Below are positions 1-9,850 of a DNA stretch of 64,000 nt, piece by piece. The translations under genes and the position numbers were made by a program. This DNA comes from an uncultured Mycoplasmatota bacterium. Its GTDB lineage: Bacteria; Bacillota_I; Bacilli_A; RF39; UBA660. Within the stretch, counting starts at the first letter, position 1, and each line of letters starts with the position of its first letter. The notes beneath the pieces are model-generated. The model was not told where the DNA came from. It was given only the letters and a program-made list of their open reading frames with translations, and did not search any database. The DNA is taken from NCBI GenBank assembly GCA_900547775.1, contig URHW01000001.1:65762-129761 (forward strand). The letters run 5' to 3'.

Positions 1-612
1 CTTGATTATATTATATTGTCCATCTTCTTTTAAAGCCGTTCCTGTGTATGACTTTCCTTCTAACTGCCTAACAACGTTTTGATATGCTCCAGTTCCTAGA
101 GTTACACATCCCCATGAGTCCTTTGGTTGAATATTATATCCTTGTTTTGTTACTAATGCTCTCATTAAAACGTTTGCAGCTTGTAAGTATTTATTAAAAC
201 AATCGTCTAGATTAGAACACGCACCATTGTTAAAATCATATACAGCTGAATTTACTAGTGATACGTACATTCTTGCTAACATACCATCTAATGTAAATCT
301 GTCTGGGTCTAATGCTCTTGCATAACTATATGATGAGCCACTAGGTGAGGTTAAATTTGAGTCAATACAATATAAATGTTCTGTTTTTCCATTTATACCA
401 CCACGATAGTTATACTGTGCTGCTGGGTGTCCATTTGTTAAGTTATTTACTGAAGGATTAAAAGCAACACTGCTGATTGATACACCACTTTCTAATGTAC
501 AATAGCCTTCACCAGTTACTTCTTTTCCAGCACATATACCATGATCTGAGTCTGCACTAACGTTTAATGCTAGTGTAAATATGCTTATTAATAATACCAA
601 AACCTTTTTCAT
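1..612 (-). CDS. Secreted protein, N-terminal part; the gene continues past the window start
   Basis: Minus-strand ATG at 612..610 opens an ORF with no stop before position 1. N-terminus MKKVLVLLISIFTLALNVSA is a classic signal peptide, followed by a Cys-containing domain. The ATG overlaps the TGA of the upstream gene (ATGA). Absent from the supplied ORF track, probably because it is truncated. Confidence 0.5.
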   Translation of the reverse strand, partial: MKKVLVLLISIFTLALNVSADSDHGICAGKEVTGEGYCTLESGVSISSVAFNPSVNNLTNGHPAAQYNYRGGINGKTEHLYCIDSNLTSPSGSSYSYARALDPDRFTLDGMLARMYVSLVNSAVYDFNNGACSNLDDCFNKYLQAANVLMRALVTKQGYNIQPKDSWGCVTLGTGAYQNVVRQLEGKSYTGTALKEDGQYNIIK

Positions 613-1325
613 AATACTCTCTTCTTTCTATATATAAAGTAAGCTCCTGTGCCTGCGCCAATTACTACAACTCCTACTATGATATAGATGTAGTTATTTT
701 TTAAGAATTTTAAAAATCCATTTTCATTAGTTGTATCGCCACCATTATTTGTTTTATCAATGTCTTTTAAAACTTCTTCTAGTTTTGCTTCGGTAAATTC
801 AAATTCTTTTGTAGTAAATTCTTCACAATATTGAACGTTTTCATGGCCTTTACAAATATCGTAACCAGCGTATGGGTTAACTCTAGGTTTTTTAAAGGTC
901 ATTGTTCTAATTGTTTTTCCTGCGCATCCACCACTTAAGGCACTTGCTTTAATCGTGTAATCTATAATATCACCTAAGTTGTCGCTTGTAAATGTGTATA
1001 CGCCATTTTCAGTATCAGCGTATGTGACTACCTTGTTTGAACCTGCTTTATTACCGATTCTTTCGTTGATGTTTAATGATAAGTTTTCAGCGATATTATA
1101 TATTTTTATTTTAAATGTTGTAATGGTTCTTGTTGTTTCTGTAGTTCCCAATCCGTCTGGATCTTCGAAAGTATATGGTTCTTGTTCTTTGATGACCTCA
1201 TAGTTTGCTTCGATTAGTGCTGCTTCTTTGTTTAAATTAGCTTGTTCTTTATATGAACATTCATCTGCGTAAACATTTAAGGCAATTAAAAAAGGTAAAA
1301 CCAATAAAGATTTTAAATATTTCAT
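609..1325 (-). CDS. Exported protein with signal peptide and C-terminal TM anchor
   Basis: Start placed at the internal Met MKYLKSLLVLPFLIALNVYA, a signal peptide. GGTGAT lies 3 nt upstream (revcomp of 1326-1345). C-terminal IYIIVGVVVIGAGTGAYFIYRKKRVL is a TM helix plus basic tail. Function unknown. Confidence 0.5.
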   Translation of the reverse strand: MKYLKSLLVLPFLIALNVYADECSYKEQANLNKEAALIEANYEVIKEQEPYTFEDPDGLGTTETTRTITTFKIKIYNIAENLSLNINERIGNKAGSNKVVTYADTENGVYTFTSDNLGDIIDYTIKASALSGGCAGKTIRTMTFKKPRVNPYAGYDICKGHENVQYCEEFTTKEFEFTEAKLEEVLKDIDKTNNGGDTTNENGFLKFLKNNYIYIIVGVVVIGAGTGAYFIYRKKRVL

Positions 1326-1420
1326 TTTATCACCTATCCTGTGTCTAGTATAGCATATAGACATATCATTTTCAAACAATTTTTCTTTTTTTATGATAAA
1401 ATATTAAGTGGTGATATCTT

Positions 1421-1993
1421 ATGCAGAAATTTAAATCGATTAAAATTTTATTTATATTTTTGGCATTTAATGTTTTCCTTGCAAAGTATCCACTTTGGAA
1501 TAGTCTTGGAGCACTTATAACTATTTATTTACTTAATTTTGAAGGGATTAATGATGATTTAAAAAATTTTAAAATTAGTAATTATAAGTATTTTTTTGTG
1601 AGTATTCCATTAATTTTAATAAATTACGGCTTACTATTTTTAATATCTAAGGTGAGTTCTTTACCAGAAAATGAAGTCCTTCTTAGAAGTTTGGTTCGGG
1701 TTAGTCCTTTATATTATCTTTTGATATTTGGAGTTTTATCTCCTATTTGTGAAGAGTTAACTTTTAGATATGGATTTAATGGTATTAAAAATAAGTATAT
1801 ATATATAATTTTTACTTCAATTTTATATGCGGTTATGCATTTGTCTAGTTTTAGTGAAATCTTATATGCTATTCCTTATTTTATATTAGGTTTAACATTT
1901 GCTTATGTTTATAAAAAAACTGGTAGTTTGATATATCCGGTAAGTATTCACATTGTTAATAATTTAGTTAGTTTATTATTTATTATATTTTAG
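1421..1993 (+). CDS. CPBP family intramembrane metalloprotease (CAAX protease/Abi-like)
   Basis: Polytopic membrane protein with the EELTFRYGF (EExxxR) motif and a later conserved His (VMHLSSF), typical of the CPBP family. Confidence 0.7.
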   Translation: MQKFKSIKILFIFLAFNVFLAKYPLWNSLGALITIYLLNFEGINDDLKNFKISNYKYFFVSIPLILINYGLLFLISKVSSLPENEVLLRSLVRVSPLYYLLIFGVLSPICEELTFRYGFNGIKNKYIYIIFTSILYAVMHLSSFSEILYAIPYFILGLTFAYVYKKTGSLIYPVSIHIVNNLVSLLFIIF

Positions 1994-2001
1994 GAGATCT
2001 T

Positions 2002-2847
2002 ATGAAAAAGAAAGATAAAGTTAAGGGGCATGGTTTTTTAAAGTTTATTTTGGTATTAATCATTATCTGTGCTGGCACCTATTATTATGCGAGATATGTT
2101 GGAACTACAGGTCTTGTTATTAAAGAGTACTCAGTTATAAATGAAAAAATCCCGGAAAGTTTCCATGGTTTTAAGATTGTACAGTTTAGTGATACACATT
2201 ATGGAATGACGACATTTAATGATGAACTTAAAAATATGGTTAGTAAGATAAATATTCTTAATCCGGATATTGTTGTTTTTACTGGGGACTTAGTTGATTA
2301 TCATTATAATTTAAATGATGATGAGAAGAATGATATTATAAATATTTTAAGTGAGATTGATGCTTCTTTAGGAGTGTATGCGGTTACTGGTAATCACGAT
2401 CAAAATGTGAGTTATGAAGGTATATTAAGTGGTTCTAATATTAACCTTCTTAAAAATAAGTATGAGTATATTTATAATGGAACTAGTGAGAAGATAATGC
2501 TTATTGGTCTTGATGATTATTTGGAAGGCACACTTGATTTAGATGCTGCATTTAGTTATGAAGATGATACTAGTTATAAGATTCTTTTAGCGCATGAGCC
2601 TGATGTTTATGATAAACTAACTAAGGTGCCTGATTTAATGCTTGCAGGTCATTCACATAATGGTCAAGTTAGAATACCGCTTGCTGGTGCTATTTATAAG
2701 ACTGTTGGGGCTAAGAAGTATTACGATCCAGAGTATTCTTTGGGTGATACTAAGATGTATATATCTGGTGGTGTTGGTACTAGTAAGTATAAAGTTAGAC
2801 TATTTGATAGGCCTTCAATAAGTTTATATCGCCTATATTCTAAGTAA
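2002..2847 (+). CDS. Membrane-anchored calcineurin-like metallophosphoesterase
   Basis: Motifs DTHYG, GDLVD, GNHD and GHSHNGQ. N-terminal TM helix. Confidence 0.75.
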   Translation: MKKKDKVKGHGFLKFILVLIIICAGTYYYARYVGTTGLVIKEYSVINEKIPESFHGFKIVQFSDTHYGMTTFNDELKNMVSKINILNPDIVVFTGDLVDYHYNLNDDEKNDIINILSEIDASLGVYAVTGNHDQNVSYEGILSGSNINLLKNKYEYIYNGTSEKIMLIGLDDYLEGTLDLDAAFSYEDDTSYKILLAHEPDVYDKLTKVPDLMLAGHSHNGQVRIPLAGAIYKTVGAKKYYDPEYSLGDTKMYISGGVGTSKYKVRLFDRPSISLYRLYSK

Positions 2848-2883
2848 ACTCTTTTCATATAATACCATGAAAGGAGTTTTTAT

Positions 2884-3117
2884 ATGTATTATAATAATTA
2901 TGGTTATAATAATGCTGGTGATAGACAGTTTTGGTTCCCTTTTTTACTTGGTGGGTTAGGTGGTGCTGCTGTAGTTTCTGCTGCTAGGCCAAGACCTGTT
3001 TATGCAGTTAATAGTGCACCTTATCAGGCTGCTCCATATCAAGTTTATGGTCAATATCCACCTGCTGGTTATAATTATTATGGAGGTTATAACTACTATC
3101 CGCCATATTATAGATAA
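2884..3117 (+). CDS. Small Tyr/Pro/Gly-rich protein (spore coat-like composition)
   Basis: 77 aa with YNYYGGYNYYPPYY and a GLGGAAVV segment. Good RBS (gaaaggag) upstream. Codons are much more GC-rich than the surroundings. Confidence 0.45.
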   Translation: MYYNNYGYNNAGDRQFWFPFLLGGLGGAAVVSAARPRPVYAVNSAPYQAAPYQVYGQYPPAGYNYYGGYNYYPPYYR

Positions 3118-4154
3118 GTATCGTTTGATACTTTTTTTAGTGCTAGAGTAATTAGAATGATGTATGATAAAAGGCTACTTCCGCCATATGAAAGGAATGG
3201 TAATGTTATACCAATTATAGGAAAAAGGCCAATATTCATTAAAACATTTATAATTAACTGAAATGTAATTATAGTGATAAGCGGCGTTATTATGTATTTA
3301 TCTGTTTTTATACTTTTAAGATTAATAATTAGTAAGGCATAAATAATAAGAAAAATAATACTAGGAATTATTCCTATTTGAGATACGAGAAAGGTAAAAG
3401 CGAAATCAGTGGCACTTTCGGGAAAATAAATTAGTTCTCCCCTACCAAATAATTTAGAGGCTTTTAGGGATGATAATGCCTGGTTTCTTTGATATCCATC
3501 TTGGTTTAAAAAGTTTGTTATGCGGTCTATTCTGTAAAATAAAGACGAACCAAATAGTTTTATAAAGAAGTTTCTTTGAAATAAATATAGATAAGTAAAT
3601 GTTAAAATAATACCAATTATTATAATGGTACTCGTTATGTAAAACCATTTATTATATTTTCTCATAAAAATAAAAGTTATAAATATTAAAAGATAGATTA
3701 TGACTGCTCCTGTGTCTGGTTCCATAAATACGAGTACTGAGGGAATTATGGTTATAATAAGAGCATATATAAAATATTTTGTATTTGAGTAATTTTTTAA
3801 AGATATGCTTCTTAGCGAAATAATTAGAGGTATTTTCATGAACTCACTAGGTTGAATACTTACTGGGCCTAGTTTTAACCAGCTAGTGCTTCCGTTGATA
3901 TTGATACCAAAGAAGTGTGTGATAATAAGTAGGAATATTCCTAAAAAATAGATGTATTTTGAATTTTTAAAAATAATATCTAGATTTAATTTAGAACTTA
4001 TTATGATAATTAGAAAACCTAAAGCAAACCAGATTAGTTCTTTTATGTAGTAAGTGCTATAACTTTTAAGCATTACTTTGGCACTATAAAGATTATAAAC
4101 ACTAAATAACATGATAAGGATTAAAAAAATGATTGTTAAATATTTTTTCTTCAT
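3108..4154 (-). CDS. SEDS family peptidoglycan glycosyltransferase (FtsW/RodA/SpoVE)
   Basis: About 10 TM helices. C-terminal GIIGITLPFLSYGGSSLL is the SEDS signature. Confidence 0.8.
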   Translation of the reverse strand: MKKKYLTIIFLILIMLFSVYNLYSAKVMLKSYSTYYIKELIWFALGFLIIIISSKLNLDIIFKNSKYIYFLGIFLLIITHFFGININGSTSWLKLGPVSIQPSEFMKIPLIISLRSISLKNYSNTKYFIYALIITIIPSVLVFMEPDTGAVIIYLLIFITFIFMRKYNKWFYITSTIIIIGIILTFTYLYLFQRNFFIKLFGSSLFYRIDRITNFLNQDGYQRNQALSSLKASKLFGRGELIYFPESATDFAFTFLVSQIGIIPSIIFLIIYALLIINLKSIKTDKYIITPLITIITFQLIINVLMNIGLFPIIGITLPFLSYGGSSLLSYIILITLALKKVSNDTYL

Positions 4155-4210
4155 ATTTTTATTTTGGCTATATTAATGTTTTTTAGACATATATTTAATT
4201 AGGAGGGCTT

Positions 4211-4438
4211 ATGGATTTACCTAAGTTATATAAAAATACTTTTGACGAGGATGAGCAAGTCGTAAGAAGTTCTTTAAATAAGAGTGTTAAGAAAACTACT
4301 TTTCCCTGCAGAGTGCATATGAAAATCAAAAATTTTGATACTGAGAAGATTGTTATTGGTGAGACTGATAATTATTATGTTACTAGTTATAAGGAAGTAA
4401 TTAATAAAAAGGATGTTAGTGAGTTTGAGGTATTATAA
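4211..4438 (+). CDS. Hypothetical small protein
   Basis: 75-aa ORF with a strong RBS (aggaggg) 6 nt upstream. No recognisable motif. Confidence 0.35.
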   Translation: MDLPKLYKNTFDEDEQVVRSSLNKSVKKTTFPCRVHMKIKNFDTEKIVIGETDNYYVTSYKEVINKKDVSEFEVL

Positions 4439-4469
4439 AAGTTATTCTACTATACTGGAATAACTTTTA

Positions 4470-4960
4470 GATTGCTTTAATTACTTTGTTCTTCCTTTTG
4501 CTAAGGTATATCTACTTTTATCAAACATCTGCCATGGTGAAAACTGTTTCCCTTCAGTATGTCCAGAAATAGCAAAGTTAGTAAATCCATAACTCATTAA
4601 TATATCTTCGTTTTTTTCTAATTGTTTTAGAAGATTTTTAATTACACTTAACCATATTAAGTTTGGTATTGCTTGATATTTTTTAAAATTACCAATGTTA
4701 ATTTTTCTTAAGTCATACCATGGTATAAAATATCTTTCGTGATTACAAATACTTTTTGATACTTCTCTTCCATCAAATCATTGGAAACTGCGTCTATTAT
4801 AACGTCTTGACCTAAATCAACTCCGACTGATATTTCCGCCCATCTTTCATATAAAAGTTTAAAAAAAGAACCTAATGGTCCGAATAACTTATTTCTGGTG
4901 CTGAATGACTGAATTGAACAGTCCTCTGAAGCTTACCATGCTTCTGTTCTACCACTAAAC
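4470..4960 (-). pseudogene. Frameshifted remnant of a phosphoesterase-like gene
   Basis: Two adjacent minus-strand frames give coherent peptides: ...FGPLGSFFKLLYERWAEISVGVDLGQDVIIDAVSNDLMEEKYQKVFVITKDILYHGMT* and then RKINIGNFKKYQAIPNLIWLSVIKNLLKQLEKNEDILMSYGFTNFAISGHTEGKQFSPWQMF... The second contains a GHTH-like motif. No intact ORF of 60 aa or more in 4441-5240. Confidence 0.3.
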
Positions 4961-5052
4961 TAAATCAGCATATTTAGATTATATCACAAAAATTTATGCT
5001 TGACAAATATTAGAATGTCATATGTTTTTAGATAATTAAAGATATTTTAAAA

Positions 5053-5086
5053 GGCTGACGAAAGTGTCAGCCTGCTTATATTTTTT
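5053..5086. terminator. Bidirectional rho-independent terminator
   Basis: Hairpin ggctgac-gaaagt-gtcagcc with a T-run on the plus strand and an A-run before it. Lies downstream of the fic-like gene and the pseudogene region. Confidence 0.55.
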
Positions 5087-5239
5087 GGAAATGTAAAATA
5101 GTATTATATCAAATTAAAATTTTTAAACGTATTTAATAATTGTTTTTTATCTTATTATTTATCACCTTTTCCTTTCATGATTTAATGATATTATAGAATT
5201 GTGAAAAATGTGTGATTTTTTTAAGATATTTGTATGAAA

Positions 5240-6364
5240 TTATTTTCCAGTGTAAAGTCGTTTGATTTTTTGCTCACCTGGAGTGTATCTTTCTTTGCTT
5301 ATGCAGATTACTTCATTTGGTTTACTTTCAAACATGGATTTACCGGTGGTTCTTTCCACAACAAGAACTCCTTTTTGAATTAATGGATCAATCATAGTTT
5401 CGTATAATTCTTTAGGTCTTTTATGAGTATTATAAAAGTTAAATAGTGATGTAAACGATAGAACGTTTGCTTCTCCTTTCATTTCAAGAAAGTATGCTAG
5501 GGTTTGATAGTCTAAAACACTTAGTTTAGGCGAACTTTCAGCAATTTGGTGAATTAGGTATTCTTTTTCTAGTTCTCTTTTGGTTCGTGCTAGCATGTAT
5601 CTTATAAAATAACTTATGTCTTTAGATTTTTTAGTGTCAACAAGCATTCTTTCATATGCAGTTTTATCTAGAGTTATTCCTCTATTAAAGATAATGAATG
5701 GATAACAAGCATTTTTCATAAGGTACCATAGAGCAACAGTTCTAGTAGTTCTACTGTTTACATCAAAGTATGGATGAATGTATTCTAGATAAAAATGCAT
5801 AATACACGATTTTATAAAGTAGTCTGTCATACATTCTTCGTTAAATGGTTCATTTATAAAGTTAAGGTAACTTTGAACTAATTCTTCAATTAGAGATGGG
5901 GCTACTCCTTTATCCATTGTGTTATCCATTCTCCCGTTAAACAATATATATACATCATCTTCACGGTAGTACTTACCCATTCTACTTAAATCTCTTGGAG
6001 ATAGTAATCCATTACTTAAAATTCGATAGAGTTCATTTAGAGATTCTTCCGTTATGTCATCATGACTTAGTACATATTTGTATCCTTCATATAAGTTGAT
6101 GATTTGTCTTCTTTGTTTTTCGTCTTTGACTTTTGAGGCGTCGTTTATAACGCTTTGAATTAGGGTAATATCATCTCTTATTCCCTCAAGGGTATTGTTC
6201 GCTTTTATTTCATGAGTTAGCATTACTTTTCTGGCAAATTCGTGAGAGTTTAAGAATTCTTCTCCTTTAAGAAATTCTTCTGTTTCTTCTTTTAGAGCTG
6301 CATATACATCTTTAGTTATGCCAAAATATCCCCCGCTCTCATGTGGTAGTTTTAATTTTATCAT
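5240..6364 (-). CDS. Fic/Doc family protein with non-canonical Fic motif
   Basis: HPYFDVNSRTTR aligns to the Fic motif HPFx[DE]GNGRxxR. His, Pro, Asp, Asn and both Arg are kept; both Gly are replaced. Confidence 0.65.
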   Translation of the reverse strand: MIKLKLPHESGGYFGITKDVYAALKEETEEFLKGEEFLNSHEFARKVMLTHEIKANNTLEGIRDDITLIQSVINDASKVKDEKQRRQIINLYEGYKYVLSHDDITEESLNELYRILSNGLLSPRDLSRMGKYYREDDVYILFNGRMDNTMDKGVAPSLIEELVQSYLNFINEPFNEECMTDYFIKSCIMHFYLEYIHPYFDVNSRTTRTVALWYLMKNACYPFIIFNRGITLDKTAYERMLVDTKKSKDISYFIRYMLARTKRELEKEYLIHQIAESSPKLSVLDYQTLAYFLEMKGEANVLSFTSLFNFYNTHKRPKELYETMIDPLIQKGVLVVERTTGKSMFESKPNEVICISKERYTPGEQKIKRLYTGK

Positions 6365-6421
6365 GTTGTGCCCCCTTAGCGGGTAGTATTATACCACATA
6401 AGAAAAAAAAGACAACTATTG

Positions 6422-7243
6422 TTATCTTTCTTGCATTTTGCAAGCTTCTAATAGGTTGTTAGCAAGCATAGCAATGGTTAGAGGACCTACTCCACCGGGA
6501 ACTGGGGTTATGTAAGAGGTGATATTTTTGATGTTTTCGTAGTCAGCATTTCCATAGAGTTTGCCATTTTCACGAATGATACCAACATCTATTAGAATAC
6601 TTCCTTTTTTAACCATATCACTTGTAACAAGATGTTTTTTATTTGTTGCACAAACTAGGATGTCTGCTGATAAACATATTTCTTTTAGATTTTCAGTGTG
6701 TGAGTGACACATTGTAACTGTTGCATTTTTATTTAATAGTAAGTTATAGAGTGGCTTACCAATAAGATTACTTCTACCGATAATTACTGCATGTTTTCCT
6801 TCAATTTCTGCATTTATTTCTTCTAGAATCTTCATTACTCCCAGGGCAGTACATGGAATTATAGTATGCTCGCCTTTTACCAGTTTAATAATATTTTCAT
6901 CTGTTAAGCCATCAATGTCTTTTTCGCTTTTAATTGTATTAATTATTTTGTCTTTATTAAATTTTGGCGGTAATGGAAGCTGAACTAAAATGCCGGTTGT
7001 TTCGTCTTTATTTAACTTATTTATTAAATTTATAATTTCTTCTTCACTTGTTGTTTCGTCAAATGTATAGTGATTAAAGTTTGCACCTATTTGGGCACAC
7101 ATTTTTTCTTTTTGTTTAACATAAACAGAACTTGCTTCATCATTACCTACTTGAATTACGGCGAGAGTTATTTTTTTACCAGTTATTTCTTTTTTTATTT
7201 TGTCTAAGTATTTTTCTTTAATCTGTTTACCATCTATAATCAT
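6422..7243 (-). CDS. folD: Bifunctional methylene-THF dehydrogenase/methenyl-THF cyclohydrolase
   Basis: GKHAVIIGRSNLIGKPL and PVPGGVGPLTIAML are typical FolD. Length fits (273 aa). Confidence 0.85.
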   Translation of the reverse strand: MIIDGKQIKEKYLDKIKKEITGKKITLAVIQVGNDEASSVYVKQKEKMCAQIGANFNHYTFDETTSEEEIINLINKLNKDETTGILVQLPLPPKFNKDKIINTIKSEKDIDGLTDENIIKLVKGEHTIIPCTALGVMKILEEINAEIEGKHAVIIGRSNLIGKPLYNLLLNKNATVTMCHSHTENLKEICLSADILVCATNKKHLVTSDMVKKGSILIDVGIIRENGKLYGNADYENIKNITSYITPVPGGVGPLTIAMLANNLLEACKMQER

Positions 7244-8082
7244 TTTAATAGTCCTTTACTTTTTAATATTAAATCTTTAATACTTGATGATAGCTTTTCA
7301 TTTGCTTCTTCTAAGTTATCATTTTCTTCTACTTTAAATGGGGTGCCAAATTCGACAGTTAGATTGTTTTTTAGAATATGATATTTACCACTTATAGCAT
7401 AAGGTACAATGGTACTTCCTGTTTTTTGAGCAATTGATACAGTACCGAATTTTATTGGTAGTAAGAGATTGTCTCTATATTCTTCGTATGTTATTTCACC
7501 TTTTTGAAGTAAGTTTATTAAATAGTTATCTAAATCTAGGATTGCGAATGTAGCATCGTTAGATGTTATCCTTTTACTCTCAACTAATTTTTTTAAAAAT
7601 TCATATTGACTAACTAAAGTCATATTTTTTTTCATTAATTTTTTATACTTTTTTAGAGTCATTATGTCCTTTACTAGTTCATAACTTTCTTCTAGTTTTT
7701 CGTCTTTGCAAGCCAAACTGTTTCTGGTACCTTCTGGATATATTCCTAGAGCCCAACCTTTGTTAAGAACACTTATGGCAATTTCTTTAGATGATCCACC
7801 GTGGTGTTCTCTATCGACTGATATGCAACCAGAAGCTTTAAAGAACCAAGCAAATGGTCCATCGAAGTATTCTTTTTTAGCCATGTAATGAAGCATTCTT
7901 TTTGTTGATAAGATTGGTAAGCACTGGTCTAATAAATGAATATGATTACCGCAAACAATTATTGGTCCTTCTTTAGGAATTACTTCTTTATTTTTATATG
8001 TTGGCCTTAAAAGAATGGTAAAGATTGCTCCTAGAACGCCTTTAAATATTCTAAAACCATGAATGTGTTTTTCTTTTTCCAT
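7240..8082 (-). CDS. Lysophospholipid (1-acyl-glycerol-3-phosphate-type) acyltransferase
   Basis: HxxxxD box (NHIHLLD) and PEGTR motif. Overlaps folD by 4 nt. Confidence 0.65.
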   Translation of the reverse strand: MEKEKHIHGFRIFKGVLGAIFTILLRPTYKNKEVIPKEGPIIVCGNHIHLLDQCLPILSTKRMLHYMAKKEYFDGPFAWFFKASGCISVDREHHGGSSKEIAISVLNKGWALGIYPEGTRNSLACKDEKLEESYELVKDIMTLKKYKKLMKKNMTLVSQYEFLKKLVESKRITSNDATFAILDLDNYLINLLQKGEITYEEYRDNLLLPIKFGTVSIAQKTGSTIVPYAISGKYHILKNNLTVEFGTPFKVEENDNLEEANEKLSSSIKDLILKSKGLLK

Positions 8083-8083
8083 C

Positions 8084-9850
8084 TTATTTCACCTTACTAT
8101 ATTTTTTAGTGCATTCTTCTTCTAACTTACGATAGTTTACTTTACCGATTAAGGTTTTGGGAATGCTTTTAATGTATTCGTATCGATATGGCATTGAGTA
8201 TTTAGCAATTGATTTTGCACAATATTCTTTGATATCGTTTGTTAATTCTTCACTTGGTGTGAAGTTACTTCTTAAGACGATGCACGCTACAGGTACTTGT
8301 TTTTTGTATGGGTGTGGTATGCCAACTACTACGCAAGATAGAACTGCTGGATGAGAGTCAACTATTTTTTCAACGAATGATGGATAGATGTTGTAACCGC
8401 TAGAGATAATCATTCTTTTTAGTCTTGATGTGAAGAAGATTAAGCCTTCTTCGTCTTTATACCCCACATCACCAGTGTGTAAGTATGTGTTACCATCTGG
8501 ATGAACTTTTAAGGTGTTTGCAGTTTCTTCCGGTTCGTTTAGATAACCTAACATTACGGTTGGACCACAAATACATATTTCGCCTTCTTTGCCCGTTCTA
8601 ACTTCTTTAGTAGTTCCTGGTTTAATTATTTTTATTTGCATGTCTGGGAATGGTAAACCTAAAGCTCCTTCTTTAAAGTAATGCTTTGGTGTTAGGATAG
8701 TGGCTGCCACTGATTCGGTTAGACCATAACCTACTCTTATTTGAGCATTTGATCCATGGGCTAATAAGTATTCGTTAACTCTGTTTCTTAGTTCTGGTTT
8801 TAAGGTGTCACCACCACAAATACAATTAGTTACACATTTTAGATATTTGGAATTATCTTGATTGTTAATTAGTCCTTCATACATTGTTGGAACACCAATT
8901 AGGAATGCTGGATGATATAATTTAATTAATCTAGCAAATTCGTTTACTTTAAATGCAGGAATTAGAATACATTTCATGCCGGAGATAAGTTCTGTATGAA
9001 CGCTTACACCTAGTCCGAATCCGTGAAAGATTGGCATTACTGTTAGAACGGCTTCACCTACTTTGGCACCAGTCATTTTAAATGCTTGCATACCTTCAGC
9101 GTTGAAGTTTTTGTTTGATAGAACTACTCCTTTTGGTTTACCAGTTGTTCCACCACTATAAAGGATTACGGCTTCTTTAGATGCTCTGTTGGTTACCTTG
9201 TACTTTCCATCATAGCCATATCCTGTGTCAAAGAAGTTTTTAAATGGTACAACTATGTCATTGTATTCTATTTTAGATGTTTTATTTTCTTTGAAGAGGT
9301 TTGTTACAAATGTGTATGCGCTTATTGTTTTTTGCATTACTTTAAACATACCATCAGTTACATCAGCAATAATTATTTTTTTGGCATTTACTCTGCTGGC
9401 TGCTTTGATTACTTTTTCGGCAAAGATGTTTATGGTTAGGATGTATTTACTGTTTGCTGCGTCCATATAAAACTCAATTTCGTTTTCACTTGATAGAGGG
9501 TGAATCATACTTGCTACTGCTCCAGCCATATTAATTGCGTAGAACATAATAATTGCTTCTGGGGTGTTCGGCATACAGATAGTTACACGTTCTCCTTCTT
9601 CTACACCGTTTGCTTTTAAGGCTTTAGCACATGTTTCAATTTTTTCATAAAGTTTTTTATATGATAAGGTTTTGCCATAGTACTGAAGGGCTCCATTATG
9701 AGGATATTTCATAACAGTTTCGTAAACCATTTCATGCATCATTTTATCTGGGTAATCTAAATGAGCAGGCATTTCTCCATATAAATCGTAGTATGGTTTT
9801 TCTAATTCTTTTGTATTAAATATTCTTTTTATAAAATTCATTTTATTCAC
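8084..9850 (-). CDS. AMP-dependent long-chain acyl-CoA synthetase/ligase
   Basis: AMP-binding signature YSGGTTGKPKGV, later GYGLTE and a conserved C-terminal Lys region. 588 aa. Confidence 0.8.
   Translation of the reverse strand: MNKMNFIKRIFNTKELEKPYYDLYGEMPAHLDYPDKMMHEMVYETVMKYPHNGALQYYGKTLSYKKLYEKIETCAKALKANGVEEGERVTICMPNTPEAIIMFYAINMAGAVASMIHPLSSENEIEFYMDAANSKYILTINIFAEKVIKAASRVNAKKIIIADVTDGMFKVMQKTISAYTFVTNLFKENKTSKIEYNDIVVPFKNFFDTGYGYDGKYKVTNRASKEAVILYSGGTTGKPKGVVLSNKNFNAEGMQAFKMTGAKVGEAVLTVMPIFHGFGLGVSVHTELISGMKCILIPAFKVNEFARLIKLYHPAFLIGVPTMYEGLINNQDNSKYLKCVTNCICGGDTLKPELRNRVNEYLLAHGSNAQIRVGYGLTESVAATILTPKHYFKEGALGLPFPDMQIKIIKPGTTKEVRTGKEGEICICGPTVMLGYLNEPEETANTLKVHPDGNTYLHTGDVGYKDEEGLIFFTSRLKRMIISSGYNIYPSFVEKIVDSHPAVLSCVVVGIPHPYKKQVPVACIVLRSNFTPSEELTNDIKEYCAKSIAKYSMPYRYEYIKSIPKTLIGKVNYRKLEEECTKKYSKVK

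Noticed and set aside
979-1203. Many 60-145-aa ORFs in the supplied track lie antisense to or inside longer genes (e.g. 979..1203, 3454..3648, 7706..7888, 9225..9470, 15019..15354, 19584..20021, 31064..31696, 41225..41617, 45157..45774, 61683..61901).
   Set aside because: Each is wholly contained in a longer ORF with clear homology-type motifs on the other strand or frame. Their low-complexity, Leu/Ser/Phe-rich translations are typical of AT-rich antisense reading.
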